A stretch of 62,480 bases of DNA, taken from IMG/VR virus record IMGVR_UViG_3300047276_000715, positions 1-62,480 of that record. One strand, 5' to 3'. Positions 36,975 through 45,651 of this stretch are shown here, piece after piece. Position 1 is the stretch's first letter. The number at the start of each line of letters is the position of its first letter. The notes beneath the pieces were generated by a model, which was given only the letters and a program-made list of their open reading frames with translations, did no database searches and had not been told where the DNA came from. Source of the stretch: a virus (lineage: Duplodnaviria > Caudoviricetes). The position numbers and the translations under genes are program-made.

Positions 36975-37010
36975 AAAGAAAGGAAGAAAGGCCCGGAAGC
37001 TACCGGGCCG
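36975..37010 (-). terminator. Terminator after 37026-37619 gene
   Basis: GGCCCGG-TAGCTT-CCGGGCC-TTTCTTCCTTTC. Confidence 0.7.
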
Positions 37011-37025
37011 GATTGCGGCTAAATG

Positions 37026-37619
37026 TTATTTTTTGGCAGCCTCAACAGTAGATTCTGCGGCAAATTTAGCACGTCCTAGGGTGATTTTAACGTTGGCAAT
37101 TTTCGTATACTTGCCGGCTTCCTCAGTCATTTTGATGCCGGGGATTTCTAAGTATTCCCCTTTTACAATAACATCGCGACACAAATCAAAGGTCAATTTT
37201 TTGGCAATTTGTGACGTGGATTTGTTAGTTGTGTCGTGAAAATAGCCGAGATTGAAACTAACGTGCAGCGCGCACAAATCAACTAACGCAATTCTTCCTT
37301 TGTTTTGTGCTGCCAGGCTGATAATGCAACAACGAAAATAGAAATTTGCCTTGATTTTTCCAGCCGAGAAATCATCGCTGGCTGAACGAGGATTTGCCCG
37401 AATAGGAAAATCGACCGGGGCGCTTGATTTTTTATCGGGATGAGTTAATTTTGAAGTAGTTTCAGCGTAAATCAAGCCGGACACATTAAAGGCATTTTGT
37501 GTCATTTCCTCCAGCTTAAGAAATGCAGGATTTACCTTTGCAATTTGTTCGCTGGATTTCCGCATTTCGGAAATTTCAGCAGCAATTTGGTCAAATTCGG
37601 AAAAATCGAAAGAGGTCAT
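37026..37619 (-). CDS. Hypothetical protein, isolated transcription unit
   Basis: 197 aa ORF bracketed by its own promoter and terminator. Confidence 0.75.
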   Translation of the reverse strand: MTSFDFSEFDQIAAEISEMRKSSEQIAKVNPAFLKLEEMTQNAFNVSGLIYAETTSKLTHPDKKSSAPVDFPIRANPRSASDDFSAGKIKANFYFRCCIISLAAQNKGRIALVDLCALHVSFNLGYFHDTTNKSTSQIAKKLTFDLCRDVIVKGEYLEIPGIKMTEEAGKYTKIANVKITLGRAKFAAESTVEAAKK

Positions 37620-37667
37620 TTCTGGAATTTGCGGTTTGGCGGCGATCCGGTTTGATCGCTTGAGCCC

Positions 37668-37696
37668 ATTATGGCACCGATACGCCAGCCTTGCAA
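37668..37696 (-). promoter_or_regulatory. Sigma70-type promoter followed by 5' hairpin
   Basis: TTGCAA-17 nt-CATAAT (TGC extension); GCGATC-aaaccg-GATCGC downstream. Confidence 0.6.
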
Positions 37697-37776
37697 GTCC
37701 TGACCGATCAGCTTAACTTATCATTATCGGGCGTGCCACCTGAAGATACTTTCAATTTGTGTTGCAAATAAAACAA

Positions 37777-37883
37777 CGATTGCTATTTTACACTTAGCAA
37801 CTTACTAAATAACATTTAGCGATTGCTGTTTTACATTTAGCGATTGCTGTTTTACATTTAGCGATTGCTGTTTTACATTTAGC
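37777..37883. repeat. 21-bp tandem repeat array
   Basis: ACATTTAGCGATTGCTGTTTT at 37812, 37833, 37854; partial copy at 37875; degenerate copy at 37777-37798. Confidence 0.95.
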
Positions 37884-37965
37884 AATTTAGCATTGAATTT
37901 ATAAATAAAATTAAATCTAGGTTCCAGGAATTTACACCTTAAAATAGCGGTAGATTTTGCAGGTT

Positions 37966-38091
37966 GGCAACCATGAAAGGCAACCTGGCAACCATGAAAG
38001 GCAAGTAACCTGCAAAATGAAAGGCTTGGTGACAATAATGAAAGGCAAAATGAAAGGCACGCGGCAACAATGAAAGGCAAAATGAAAGGCC
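37966..38091. repeat. ATGAAAGGC direct-repeat array (7 copies)
   Basis: Starts at 37973, 37994, 38017, 38038, 38050, 38070, 38082. Confidence 0.95.
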
Positions 38092-38196
38092 AGGCGCACC
38101 TAAAATAGGCTTGAATCTAGAAGGTTGTGGCAATAAATAGACCGTGAAAGTACGGTTTCCATGCCTAAACTATACCTTGAAAATACAGGTTTCACC

Positions 38197-38353
38197 AACA
38201 AATAGACTATGAATGGCGAATTCAAACAAGGCAAATGGCCTATGAATGGCAAATTTAGGCGAGGCAAACAATCTATGAATGGCAAAATCATACAGGGCAA
38301 ACAATCTATGAATGGCAAATTTAAGTAAAGCAAATAATTTATGAAAGGCCAAA
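38197..38353. repeat. 33-bp period array of YTATGAAWGGC (5 copies)
   Basis: Starts at 38207, 38240, 38273, 38306, 38339; consensus GCAAAYAATCTATGAATGGCAAA plus about 10 variable nt. Confidence 0.95.
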
Positions 38354-38356
38354 TAA

Positions 38357-38551
38357 CTAAACCTCTTCAAAATAAGCGTATCTACCAAACGTCACTCCCG
38401 ACTCATCAGTGAATCTTCCTATGAAAATTCTGTCGTAGGGAAAGTGTTCATCTGCTGGTATGAATGGTTTAAGCGGACCGGAATCTTGAATGTTATTTTT
38501 TAGGATTTCACGAATCCTCTGTTTCTTCTCTGTTTTTGATAGGCGGTCCAT
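38357..38551 (-). CDS. Hypothetical protein
   Basis: MDRLSKTEKKQRIREILK...; overlaps end of RepL-like gene. Confidence 0.5.
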   Translation of the reverse strand: MDRLSKTEKKQRIREILKNNIQDSGPLKPFIPADEHFPYDRIFIGRFTDESGVTFGRYAYFEEV

Positions 38552-38897
38552 AAAATCTATCAGGGCGAGACGGAGAATAAAGTGTTTCCTCATTCCAGAG
38601 TTTAACCCTGAATCTTCGTAAATGCAACTGACCCTGATAACAATAAAGAGGATTTATCATGTATCCTTCTTTGCCATTGTAGCAAACTTTCTTGATAATG
38701 TCTAATTTTCTTAGTTTTGCAAGTCTCCTGTATGTATTTGTTGAATGGGTTTTTGCGCTAAAAAAGTCCGCAATTTCTTTTTCAGACTGTCCAGAAAATC
38801 CCCATTGAATGCACATTTCTAGCAAATAAGCAAAAATTAGCAGTTCAGAACCTGAGATTCCAGACAGCAATAGAGCCCTGTAGCAAGACTGGGACAC
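38508..38897 (-). CDS. RepL-like winged-HTH DNA-binding protein
   Basis: IFAYLLE...EKEIA...TYRRLAKLRKLDII...YMINPLYCYQG resembles plasmid RepL family. Confidence 0.65.
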   Translation of the reverse strand: MSQSCYRALLLSGISGSELLIFAYLLEMCIQWGFSGQSEKEIADFFSAKTHSTNTYRRLAKLRKLDIIKKVCYNGKEGYMINPLYCYQGQLHLRRFRVKLWNEETLYSPSRPDRFYGPPIKNREETEDS

Positions 38898-39147
38898 GTG
38901 AGACAGGCCCTCAAAATCAGTGTAATTTTAACACCCGGAAATTAAGACCCAAGGTGAGAATCCCTGTCCACCACTCAAATGGACGGCAAAAAAACAAATC
39001 TTTGAGAAAAGTAAACTCCTTGGTATGACATGAGACTCAGGGGGTCGCGAATTTTCCCCTTAGGGGTATGGGGATCAAAAAAGGGGCCTCAGCAACGGGT
39101 CCACCGCCGCCGAATTTCCCCTCCCAAGCAATCTTTGCAATTAACAA

Positions 39148-39873
39148 TTACTCATCAAAATCTGTTTCTTCTAATGCAACTAACAATTGCTCAACACCTA
39201 AAGCACCGCTCTGAAGATTCTTGCCAACTTCAGCAATCTTTGCAGCGCTGTTAAGTATTGATGGAATGTCCCTGATGTCAAGCTTACGTTCTTCTTGCAA
39301 ATACTCATCTAAAGTTTTCTGTGATAGTGCCGCAAGTTTTGCAGCATTGGCAGATAAGTTTCTACCAAGAAACTCTTGCTGTAATCTATACTCCTCCAAG
39401 CGCTTTTTATGTTCTATCGCTCGTGATTCTTGCTCTAACTTTAGTTTCTCTTGCAATAAATCAATGTCATAGTCGCTTGCACGTTCCTTCCAGTAATTCT
39501 TCTTTGCAATTGTATGTAATCGCGATTCTTGTAAATTAAATGTCGCAGCGACATACGGGATTGATCTTCCCCCACCACAGTTCAGATAGAAGTTGAAGAT
39601 GTGAAATTCTTTTTGGGTTTCGGAGGTAGCGCCGCCCTGCATGTGAGCATAAGATTTTACAAATAGGGTATTGGAGTTGAGAATTGCATCTGGGGTGTAT
39701 TGCGCGAACGGTTGAGAATTATTATTTTTTTTCACGATAGAGTCTTCTTGAGTAAATTCATTATCTGTTTCGTATTCTTCATTGTAAGTAAGCTCAGGTC
39801 CTTCTTCGTAATTTTCATTAAAGACAGAATTAGATTCTTCTTCGTAATTTTCATCAAGGATGGGATCAGACAT
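39148..39873 (-). CDS. Terminase small subunit-like protein with acidic N-terminus
   Basis: ET..EF..F..Y...GGGRSI..VA...W.ERA..YD HTH followed by coiled coil. Confidence 0.65.
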   Translation of the reverse strand: MSDPILDENYEEESNSVFNENYEEGPELTYNEEYETDNEFTQEDSIVKKNNNSQPFAQYTPDAILNSNTLFVKSYAHMQGGATSETQKEFHIFNFYLNCGGGRSIPYVAATFNLQESRLHTIAKKNYWKERASDYDIDLLQEKLKLEQESRAIEHKKRLEEYRLQQEFLGRNLSANAAKLAALSQKTLDEYLQEERKLDIRDIPSILNSAAKIAEVGKNLQSGALGVEQLLVALEETDFDE

Positions 39874-40092
39874 TGCGATGTGAGAATTCATCTACAACAA
39901 AACACTAGCACAGAAACAAGAGCATGTGTTCAAGGCAATAAAAAAGCTCACACAGTAAATCACTGCATGAGCTAAATGCGATAATGAATAGCGCGAAACA
40001 TGTATCGCAGTTATGTTGCGTTAGCAATCATGTGCTGCGCGAATAATCTACGATCACTATTTTTTACAAGTGAGTGAAGAAAGAAAACTGCC

Positions 40093-40539
40093 TCAAAGTG
40101 TCATAATGTAATCAATGACACCTTGCGGGAGTTCTTCTCTTAACCATCTTGTTCCGTATTTGTAACCATTGTCTATGTATGCGTCTTTCTCTGCAAGAAA
40201 ATTGCAACCGTCTTCGTACGAATTCAATTCAATACCCGAATCTTTTGCTTTTCGCAGAATTTGTTCCTGCTTAACTGTCCCAGCTCGCATGTCATTCAAA
40301 TGCCATCGCTTCCATACTTTGTAAAGAGTTACTGGGATGAAGTTTTTGACTTCATCTGCAATCTGCCCGAAACCCAAAAGGTTCTTTTCAGATTGAAGTA
40401 GCTTCTCGCCTTTAAAATAAATACCGCGAATAGACAAAACCTTGAATCCATTTTTGTCCTTCATTTCAACAATGATCTCGCAAGAAATCTTTTTGGAAAT
40501 CTCGGAGCTTTTGTTGGAAAAGAAAAGTGTTTTTTGCAT
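40093..40539 (-). CDS. Conserved phage early hypothetical protein
   Basis: GQI...WKRWHLNDMRAGT..Q...YKYGTRWL.EELP. Confidence 0.75.
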   Translation of the reverse strand: MQKTLFFSNKSSEISKKISCEIIVEMKDKNGFKVLSIRGIYFKGEKLLQSEKNLLGFGQIADEVKNFIPVTLYKVWKRWHLNDMRAGTVKQEQILRKAKDSGIELNSYEDGCNFLAEKDAYIDNGYKYGTRWLREELPQGVIDYIMTL

Positions 40540-40588
40540 GATGTCCTGAGTGATTAAAATGAACATTTCTAGCGCAATTTACCTTCTA

Positions 40589-40888
40589 TCATTCGTCAAC
40601 GTTAATAAAAAAGTAAGCACCCTCCCAAATGACTGCAGTATCTTTAGGATTCCAGTCAGTAATAATTGAAGCATGATAATCTCCGCAAATCTTATTGCAA
40701 GAATCAAACGGCTGGTCTAATGAACAACCTTCTCCGTATTCGCGTTGAATCCATTTAGCAATTAGCGCTTCAAGATCAAGCGGTTCGTCATCATCAATTT
40801 CCATCACAGATTCAGTACCTTCTTTGTCATTGGTGACAAAAAGATACTGAGCATAAGGACCAATAGCGTGCTCTGAATCAAAAGTCAT
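40589..40888 (-). CDS. Hypothetical acidic early protein
   Basis: 99 aa ORF in tandem array. Confidence 0.65.
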   Translation of the reverse strand: MTFDSEHAIGPYAQYLFVTNDKEGTESVMEIDDDEPLDLEALIAKWIQREYGEGCSLDQPFDSCNKICGDYHASIITDWNPKDTAVIWEGAYFFINVDE

Positions 40889-40929
40889 TGTAGTTAATTG
40901 CTGAGAAAATTGATAAACAGATAAGCGAA

Positions 40930-41190
40930 TCAGTTCACATGAACAATTTTGCGAAGCGCAGTGTCAATGTGAGTATCATCACAATACAAATAAAGAATGT
41001 CTACGACAAAATTGTCTGGGAGCTTTTTGAATTTCTTCGCAGCCCACAAACAATCCCATCTAAATCTCTTCGCATGATCTTTCCCTAGATTGTTCTTGAT
41101 GTAATAATCAAGATTTAACTCAGGGATTTCTTTGCGCACTTCCTGAATTGCATCAGAAAGAATTTTGTAATGCTCCTGCGTTATCTTCAT
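40930..41190 (-). CDS. Conserved phage early hypothetical protein
   Basis: MKITQEHY...RFRWD...LYLYCDDTHIDTALRKI. Confidence 0.75.
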   Translation of the reverse strand: MKITQEHYKILSDAIQEVRKEIPELNLDYYIKNNLGKDHAKRFRWDCLWAAKKFKKLPDNFVVDILYLYCDDTHIDTALRKIVHVN

Positions 41191-41420
41191 GATTTGTTCC
41201 CCTGTGCGAACTGATAGAACATTTCGATCAGCTTAAATTCCTGATCACTGACAAAGCAGATCCCGATCTTCTTGCAAATAAAATCTGCAAACTCAAATGT
41301 GCTTAAGCCAGCATAAAATGCGTAATGATGTTTTGCAATCTCGTAGACAATTCTCTTGCTCATTTCCTTCTTCGCCTGTTCAAGTTTTTGAGCTTGACGC
41401 TCATCAACGCTGATCGACAT
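41187..41420 (-). CDS. Hypothetical early protein
   Basis: AGGAG RBS; ATGA overlap. Confidence 0.7.
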   Translation of the reverse strand: MSISVDERQAQKLEQAKKEMSKRIVYEIAKHHYAFYAGLSTFEFADFICKKIGICFVSDQEFKLIEMFYQFAQGNKS

Positions 41421-41501
41421 TTGAATCTCCTGTTGTGTGTAAACTGATTTCTTTTGAAATCAGCAGAAAGAGATTTATTGCTAAATCTCTGAGTGCTAAC
41501 A

Positions 41502-41693
41502 TCAAGCGTTGACAATTTTTTCAAACTGTCTGTAAATAGATTCTCTGTTGCCACGCAAACCAAATTCTTTCTTGATAATTGCGTAAGCAGAAAATCTGCT
41601 ACCCTTGAGACCTTTAATCTCAAGCAGCAATGCCTTTAGCAAAGTCTGCTGACGAAACTTTTGAATTTCGTCGCCTGTGATAACTGTAGTCAT
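41502..41693 (-). CDS. Hypothetical early protein
   Basis: ITGDEI..FR..TL..AL.LEIKGLK.SR.SAY..IKKEFGL.G. Confidence 0.7.
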   Translation of the reverse strand: MTTVITGDEIQKFRQQTLLKALLLEIKGLKGSRFSAYAIIKKEFGLRGNRESIYRQFEKIVNA

Positions 41694-41715
41694 AAATTTG
41701 TGTTTGAGTTTTAGG

Positions 41716-41889
41716 TCAGTCGTCAATCTTTGTGATTTCCCAACCGAGTTCGATCAGGAAATCTTCTGCGCCATCTTCCACATCTTCAAGAAACTCAAAG
41801 ATGTAGGAAGTGAATTCCATTGCCCCGTGGACAAAGAATAGTATTCCGATGATGCAGTAAGAAAAGAACCGCCGAAAGAAATCTGACAT
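41716..41889 (-). CDS. Small membrane protein (57 aa)
   Basis: MSDFFRRFFSYCIIGILFFVHGAMEF...; first gene after promoter at 41945. Confidence 0.55.
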   Translation of the reverse strand: MSDFFRRFFSYCIIGILFFVHGAMEFTSYIFEFLEDVEDGAEDFLIELGWEITKIDD

Positions 41890-41913
41890 TTGATTTTTAA
41901 TTTAGCAGGTGAA

Positions 41914-41982
41914 ATGCAAGAGATTTTCTCCCCCGCATGACTTCATTATAGCACCTTTCGCACTACTTGTCAAGCATTTATC
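41914..41982 (-). promoter_or_regulatory. Early promoter-stem-loop cassette 1
   Basis: GATAAATGC-TTGACA-17 nt-TATAAT, then hairpin ATGCGGGGGAGA-AAA-TCTCTTGCAT. Confidence 0.9.
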
Positions 41983-42008
41983 TGACAAGTTTTTTAACGT
42001 ATCTTTCC

Positions 42009-42500
42009 TCAGTGCAAATCTATGTAAGCCGGAAGTTTTTCAAGCCAAAACTTACCGCGACTGTCTCTGTAAAAAACTCTAGGGGCGTGGTGAAGACTGC
42101 CTAAACACAAAACAGCCTTGCAGGTAACTTTTGCGCTATTTATCTTTTCAAATAAACAAAAGCAAGTAACAGAAAATAATCTCTTCAGCCCTTTGTAGTA
42201 TTCGTCCCCATACTCAGAAATGTTGAAAAGTTGAAAACTTTCCTCGTCCGCAAACATCGCTCTATTTTGCTTTACGCAATCACGAATCAACCGATCACTT
42301 AAGTCTACTGTCTTGATAAAGTTGTATTCATTTTTGCAATCATAATTTTGCAGTGAAATTACTGGGAGGTGAAGACTGTCGGCGGGTGCAAGAAAAGCAG
42401 TTCGCTGAGTTTTGTATAACTGCAAATACTCTTTTGCTGCGCCTAATCTTTTCTTGACTTCCTTAAGTGTGAAATACTCTGTTGAAAGTGGTTCTGGCAT
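42009..42500 (-). CDS. Hypothetical early protein
   Basis: About 163 aa ORF. Confidence 0.65.
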   Translation of the reverse strand: MPEPLSTEYFTLKEVKKRLGAAKEYLQLYKTQRTAFLAPADSLHLPVISLQNYDCKNEYNFIKTVDLSDRLIRDCVKQNRAMFADEESFQLFNISEYGDEYYKGLKRLFSVTCFCLFEKINSAKVTCKAVLCLGSLHHAPRVFYRDSRGKFWLEKLPAYIDLH

Positions 42501-42615
42501 AAATAACAAGTCTCGTGAATGAATCTACCCGGCCTGAAAGCGAATCTGGCCCTGCTCGAAAATGCCCCTGGAGGCCGCTCAAATCTCCTGGCCGCATGAA
42601 TCTGCCCGAGGCACG

Positions 42616-42650
42616 AAAAAAGCCCCTTCCAGAAGCTGCTGGAGGGGGCT
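42616..42650 (-). terminator. Rho-independent terminator within GC-rich island
   Basis: AGCCCCCTCCAG-cagctt-CTGGAAGGGGCT-TTTTT. Confidence 0.8.
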
Positions 42651-42692
42651 CAGAACGTTCCACCGTCACGAATCTACCCGGCGAATCAAAAA

Positions 42693-42962
42693 TCAGCGCG
42701 TGTGTTGCGGGCAGAGCTTCTTAGTTTCAAGAACTGCGTTCAACGTATCTACGTCAACTTGTTTTTCGTTCCAAGTAACTTGCCTACTTCTGCCAGGAAC
42801 AAATGAATAATCAACTGCTCCTGCAACTGCATCATCAATGCTCAAACCAAAAGCTCGCAGCTCGCAAAACTTTACTGCGTAAAGTCGCGGGAGGATTTCT
42901 GCAGAAACAGGTTGCTGAAAAATGGCGATGCTAAAAACAAAGACGGAGAGAATGAATTTCAT
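42693..42962 (-). CDS. Hypothetical exported protein
   Basis: Signal-peptide-like MKFILSVFVFSIAIFQQPVSA; two Cys. Confidence 0.7.
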   Translation of the reverse strand: MKFILSVFVFSIAIFQQPVSAEILPRLYAVKFCELRAFGLSIDDAVAGAVDYSFVPGRSRQVTWNEKQVDVDTLNAVLETKKLCPQHTR

Positions 42963-43002
42963 GAGTGAAAGAAAGTGATGTGAAATTGAAGCAATGACGA
43001 AT

Positions 43003-43185
43003 TTATTTGCCAGATACCTCAATGTCGTGTTGCAATGTTTCTACAATGTCCATGCAGGCATCTAGCATAGTAGAAAGACTTTTGTGATAGTCTTTATCAT
43101 TTATAATAAGCTGTTCGGCTTGATGTAAATGGAACCAAACATCACAAGATTTCTTGTAACGATTCTCTGAATTAGCAGTTGTCAT
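43003..43185 (-). CDS. Hypothetical early protein
   Basis: ATGA-coupled chain of ORFs. Confidence 0.6.
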   Translation of the reverse strand: MTTANSENRYKKSCDVWFHLHQAEQLIINDKDYHKSLSTMLDACMDIVETLQHDIEVSGK

Positions 43186-43382
43186 TCAATGATTTCGCGA
43201 ATTTGCAGGATGCTGTACCGAGGGAAGCTCCTGGTAAATGACTCAAGGGCTTCGTTTTTTGTTCTTGCATGAACAATCCTGTATCCAACAAATTTCTTTT
43301 CCTCAAAAAGAATCCGAAACTGTCTGAGAATTGCGGGGTGCATTGTCAGTGAATTTGCCCTCTGAATCATACCATGTTTCAT
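43182..43382 (-). CDS. Hypothetical early protein
   Basis: ATGA-coupled chain of ORFs. Confidence 0.55.
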   Translation of the reverse strand: MKHGMIQRANSLTMHPAILRQFRILFEEKKFVGYRIVHARTKNEALESFTRSFPRYSILQIREIIE

Positions 43383-43570
43383 TTATCAGTGTGCCGTAAA
43401 GAATAAACTTCTTCTGTTACGTTGAACTCATAATCACCAGTCTCATTGCTATTGAATCCAGACAAGTATTCATCTTGGATGTGTTTTTTTACTTCGTCAA
43501 GCGCAACCTCAAGATCCCAAAAAGTTTTACCAGTGATAGTGATGCGAAGGTGTTTCCGTGTAGAAGACAT
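43379..43570 (-). CDS. Hypothetical early protein
   Basis: ITITGKT..DLE.AL.EV...I...Y.SG..SNETG.Y.F. Confidence 0.7.
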   Translation of the reverse strand: MSSTRKHLRITITGKTFWDLEVALDEVKKHIQDEYLSGFNSNETGDYEFNVTEEVYSLRHTDK

Positions 43571-43576
43571 GATTTT

Positions 43577-43759
43577 TCAGAATTTTTCGATGTGATAGAT
43601 AACCGGGATTGTGCTAAGGTCCATGTTTTTTTGAACAGCCCTAGCGTTAAGCTGATTCACTGTGTAAAGCACATCAGTGAAATCATCTGATCCTCCGTAA
43701 AGAAAACGGCGTGGATCCTGACCGTCGGCGTGATAGATTGTTTGAATGATTTTGAACAT
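43577..43759 (-). CDS. Hypothetical early protein
   Basis: AGGAGG RBS. Confidence 0.65.
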   Translation of the reverse strand: MFKIIQTIYHADGQDPRRFLYGGSDDFTDVLYTVNQLNARAVQKNMDLSTIPVIYHIEKF

Positions 43760-43895
43760 CAGTCTTCCTCCTGATCGTAAAAATAGTCTGAATCTGTAAA
43801 AAGTGAATCATTGCATGTATCCGCCATGCAATCAGAGTCGAGCCAAGGGAAAATTGCAGACTCCTGCGCAAGTTGTTCGTAGTCAATTGACATAA

Positions 43896-44288
43896 TCAAT
43901 CATCCACCAGTTTAGAGAAAGGAAGGCAGCAAATAGTTCCATGCTTTTTCATGGAATAAACAATGTACTGGCAGAACTCTTTTGCAAATTCTGCGTTACT
44001 GTACTCTTCGCCAACGAGCCATTTTGATTCTTCTTCGTATTCTTGTTCGCCTTCGTTGTATTTTTTTGTACGGCGAATCCAGAGATAGATTTCCCAGGCG
44101 TCAACATTAACGCCGAAATAATCTTCCCTGTCAGAGGTGTACTGTTTTACCTCAAGGGAAATAAAGGATTTTTCCTGATACTCTGCATCTTCCCAGATGC
44201 AGATTTCGTTTGAGTTAAATGAACCTCCGTGAAATCCGCGGGAATTGTCTTCCCATGTAATTTCCTGTTCGCCAAAAAAGTCAGACAT
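43896..44288 (-). CDS. Hypothetical acidic early protein
   Basis: 130 aa Glu/Trp-rich ORF. Confidence 0.7.
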   Translation of the reverse strand: MSDFFGEQEITWEDNSRGFHGGSFNSNEICIWEDAEYQEKSFISLEVKQYTSDREDYFGVNVDAWEIYLWIRRTKKYNEGEQEYEEESKWLVGEEYSNAEFAKEFCQYIVYSMKKHGTICCLPFSKLVDD

Positions 44289-44318
44289 CTTGAATTTGCG
44301 GTGGAGTAAATAAACAGA

Positions 44319-44477
44319 TCAGAAGACTCGTGCTTCACCTTCGTCATAAACTTCTGTAATTTCTGTTTGCAGCTCTTTTCCGTTTAACGAAAAAGAGTAG
44401 TCAGCGTTTTGAATTGCTTCATGAGCATCAAGATTTTCGTCAATTTGAATCTTAACAAGGACGGAAATGGTTTTCAT
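44319..44477 (-). CDS. Hypothetical early protein (52 aa)
   Basis: MKTISVLVKIQIDENLDAHEAIQNADYSF... Confidence 0.6.
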   Translation of the reverse strand: MKTISVLVKIQIDENLDAHEAIQNADYSFSLNGKELQTEITEVYDEGEARVF

Positions 44478-44508
44478 TTGTTTTTAGGCGAAGGAAAAAA
44501 GAAAGGAA

Positions 44509-44763
44509 TCAGGTGTGCGAAGATCCGTCGGGTGACACGCACCCGTAAAGTTGGCAATTTGGAAGCTTCCCGAAAAGGTAAACTTCATTGCTTTTTTCGT
44601 TAATTTGCTCAGCCATAAATTTGGCATCTTTCAGCATTTGAGTTGGTTTGAGATCAAGAATCATTGCCCAGGTGAGCAATTTAGCTTTTTGTGCATCCGT
44701 GAGAAGTTGAAAAACTTCTGAATCAACGTTTTCAGAATGAAACAAGGGAGCGCGAAACAGCAT
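44509..44763 (-). CDS. Hypothetical early protein
   Basis: First ORF after promoter at 44830; ends LYGCVSPDGSSHT. Confidence 0.65.
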   Translation of the reverse strand: MLFRAPLFHSENVDSEVFQLLTDAQKAKLLTWAMILDLKPTQMLKDAKFMAEQINEKSNEVYLFGKLPNCQLYGCVSPDGSSHT

Positions 44764-44788
44764 TTTATTTTTAAGAAAAGGAAATAAA

Positions 44789-44867
44789 GCAAGGAAGAAA
44801 AGGAGATTTTCTCTCCCTTGCATACAGTCATTATAGCACCTTTTCAGGTACTTGTCAAGCATTTATC
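44789..44867 (-). promoter_or_regulatory. Early promoter-stem-loop cassette 2
   Basis: GATAAATGC-TTGACA-17 nt-TATAAT, then GCAAGG...CCTTGC hairpin containing GGGAGAGAAAATCT. Confidence 0.9.
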
Positions 44868-45146
44868 TTTCGGGTTTTTGTATTTACCTTCATCTTTCAG
44901 AATTTGAATTGCTGCTAACTTAGCAATAACAAAGAGCCTGGCCTGCGTAAACAGGAATTTTTTGCGATACTTGTTTTTCAAGTAACACAAAATAGATCCG
45001 GTCGTAGCATCCCACTGCTTAATCGTGATGTCACGAAAGTCATCGTGATCCTGAGATTTCAGAAGGTGCTTGTAGATTGAAAGATTGCGCACAATCCTGA
45101 TGACTTCATCATCTACGAAAATAGAAAGATCGGTATTGTCGCTCAT
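44844..45146 (-). CDS. Hypothetical early protein
   Basis: 100 aa ORF reading into the promoter cassette. Confidence 0.6.
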   Translation of the reverse strand: MSDNTDLSIFVDDEVIRIVRNLSIYKHLLKSQDHDDFRDITIKQWDATTGSILCYLKNKYRKKFLFTQARLFVIAKLAAIQILKDEGKYKNPKDKCLTST

Positions 45147-45322
45147 TTGTCGCATCGGAAATAATGGGGAAGGTAAGGGTATTTTACCTCAATAAACTTG
45201 CCGCCTGTGGTGCATTGCTTAAATGCTTCGTTAGAAGTGTAAACAGCGACTTGATCTATCAAGGTGTAACCAAATGAAATTCCTGCAAGACAGGAAACAA
45301 AGCCAGCGAGAAACTGTTTCAT
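45143..45322 (-). CDS. Small membrane protein
   Basis: MKQFLAGFVSCLAGISFGYTLI; ATGA overlaps. Confidence 0.6.
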   Translation of the reverse strand: MKQFLAGFVSCLAGISFGYTLIDQVAVYTSNEAFKQCTTGGKFIEVKYPYLPHYFRCDK

Positions 45323-45651
45323 TTTTGTTTTTTGGAAAAGCAATTTTGAATGAAAGCAAGAACATTTGCCTTCCACCTGCAAAGCCAAACGTTACAGTAA
45401 AAACTTCTCTCTCGCTTGCTAAAGACAAGGCGAAAAGAGATTTCTGGTAGCCAAAATGCCTCAGCAAAATTAATTGCAAGACGATAGCGAAGCAATCCGA
45501 CAAGAATCCTTGGCGAAATGCACCAGCACTGCGTTGAATCAACGCTAATTATAAAAGCGTTGTAATAAGACTTAGAAGTAGAAAGCCTCCTTATTGGAAA
45601 GTTTTTTGTCCAAATCAAATCAATGCCGTAACGGCTTGAATAGTTCAGCAT
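45319..45651 (-). CDS. Hypothetical early protein
   Basis: 110 aa aromatic-rich ORF in coupled chain. Confidence 0.5.
   Translation of the reverse strand: MLNYSSRYGIDLIWTKNFPIRRLSTSKSYYNAFIISVDSTQCWCISPRILVGLLRYRLAINFAEAFWLPEISFRLVFSKRERSFYCNVWLCRWKANVLAFIQNCFSKKQK

Noticed and set aside
38197-38353. Mini-CRISPR array (constant 33-bp period with variable segments)
   Set aside because: Variable parts are only about 10 nt, repeats are degenerate and non-palindromic, and no cas genes or leader are present; better explained as phased binding sites.
37805-38388. ORFs with repeated peptides (NVKQQSL, LPFIDCL, FAIHRLF)
   Set aside because: Translations of the DNA repeat arrays in several frames; no single coherent coding frame.
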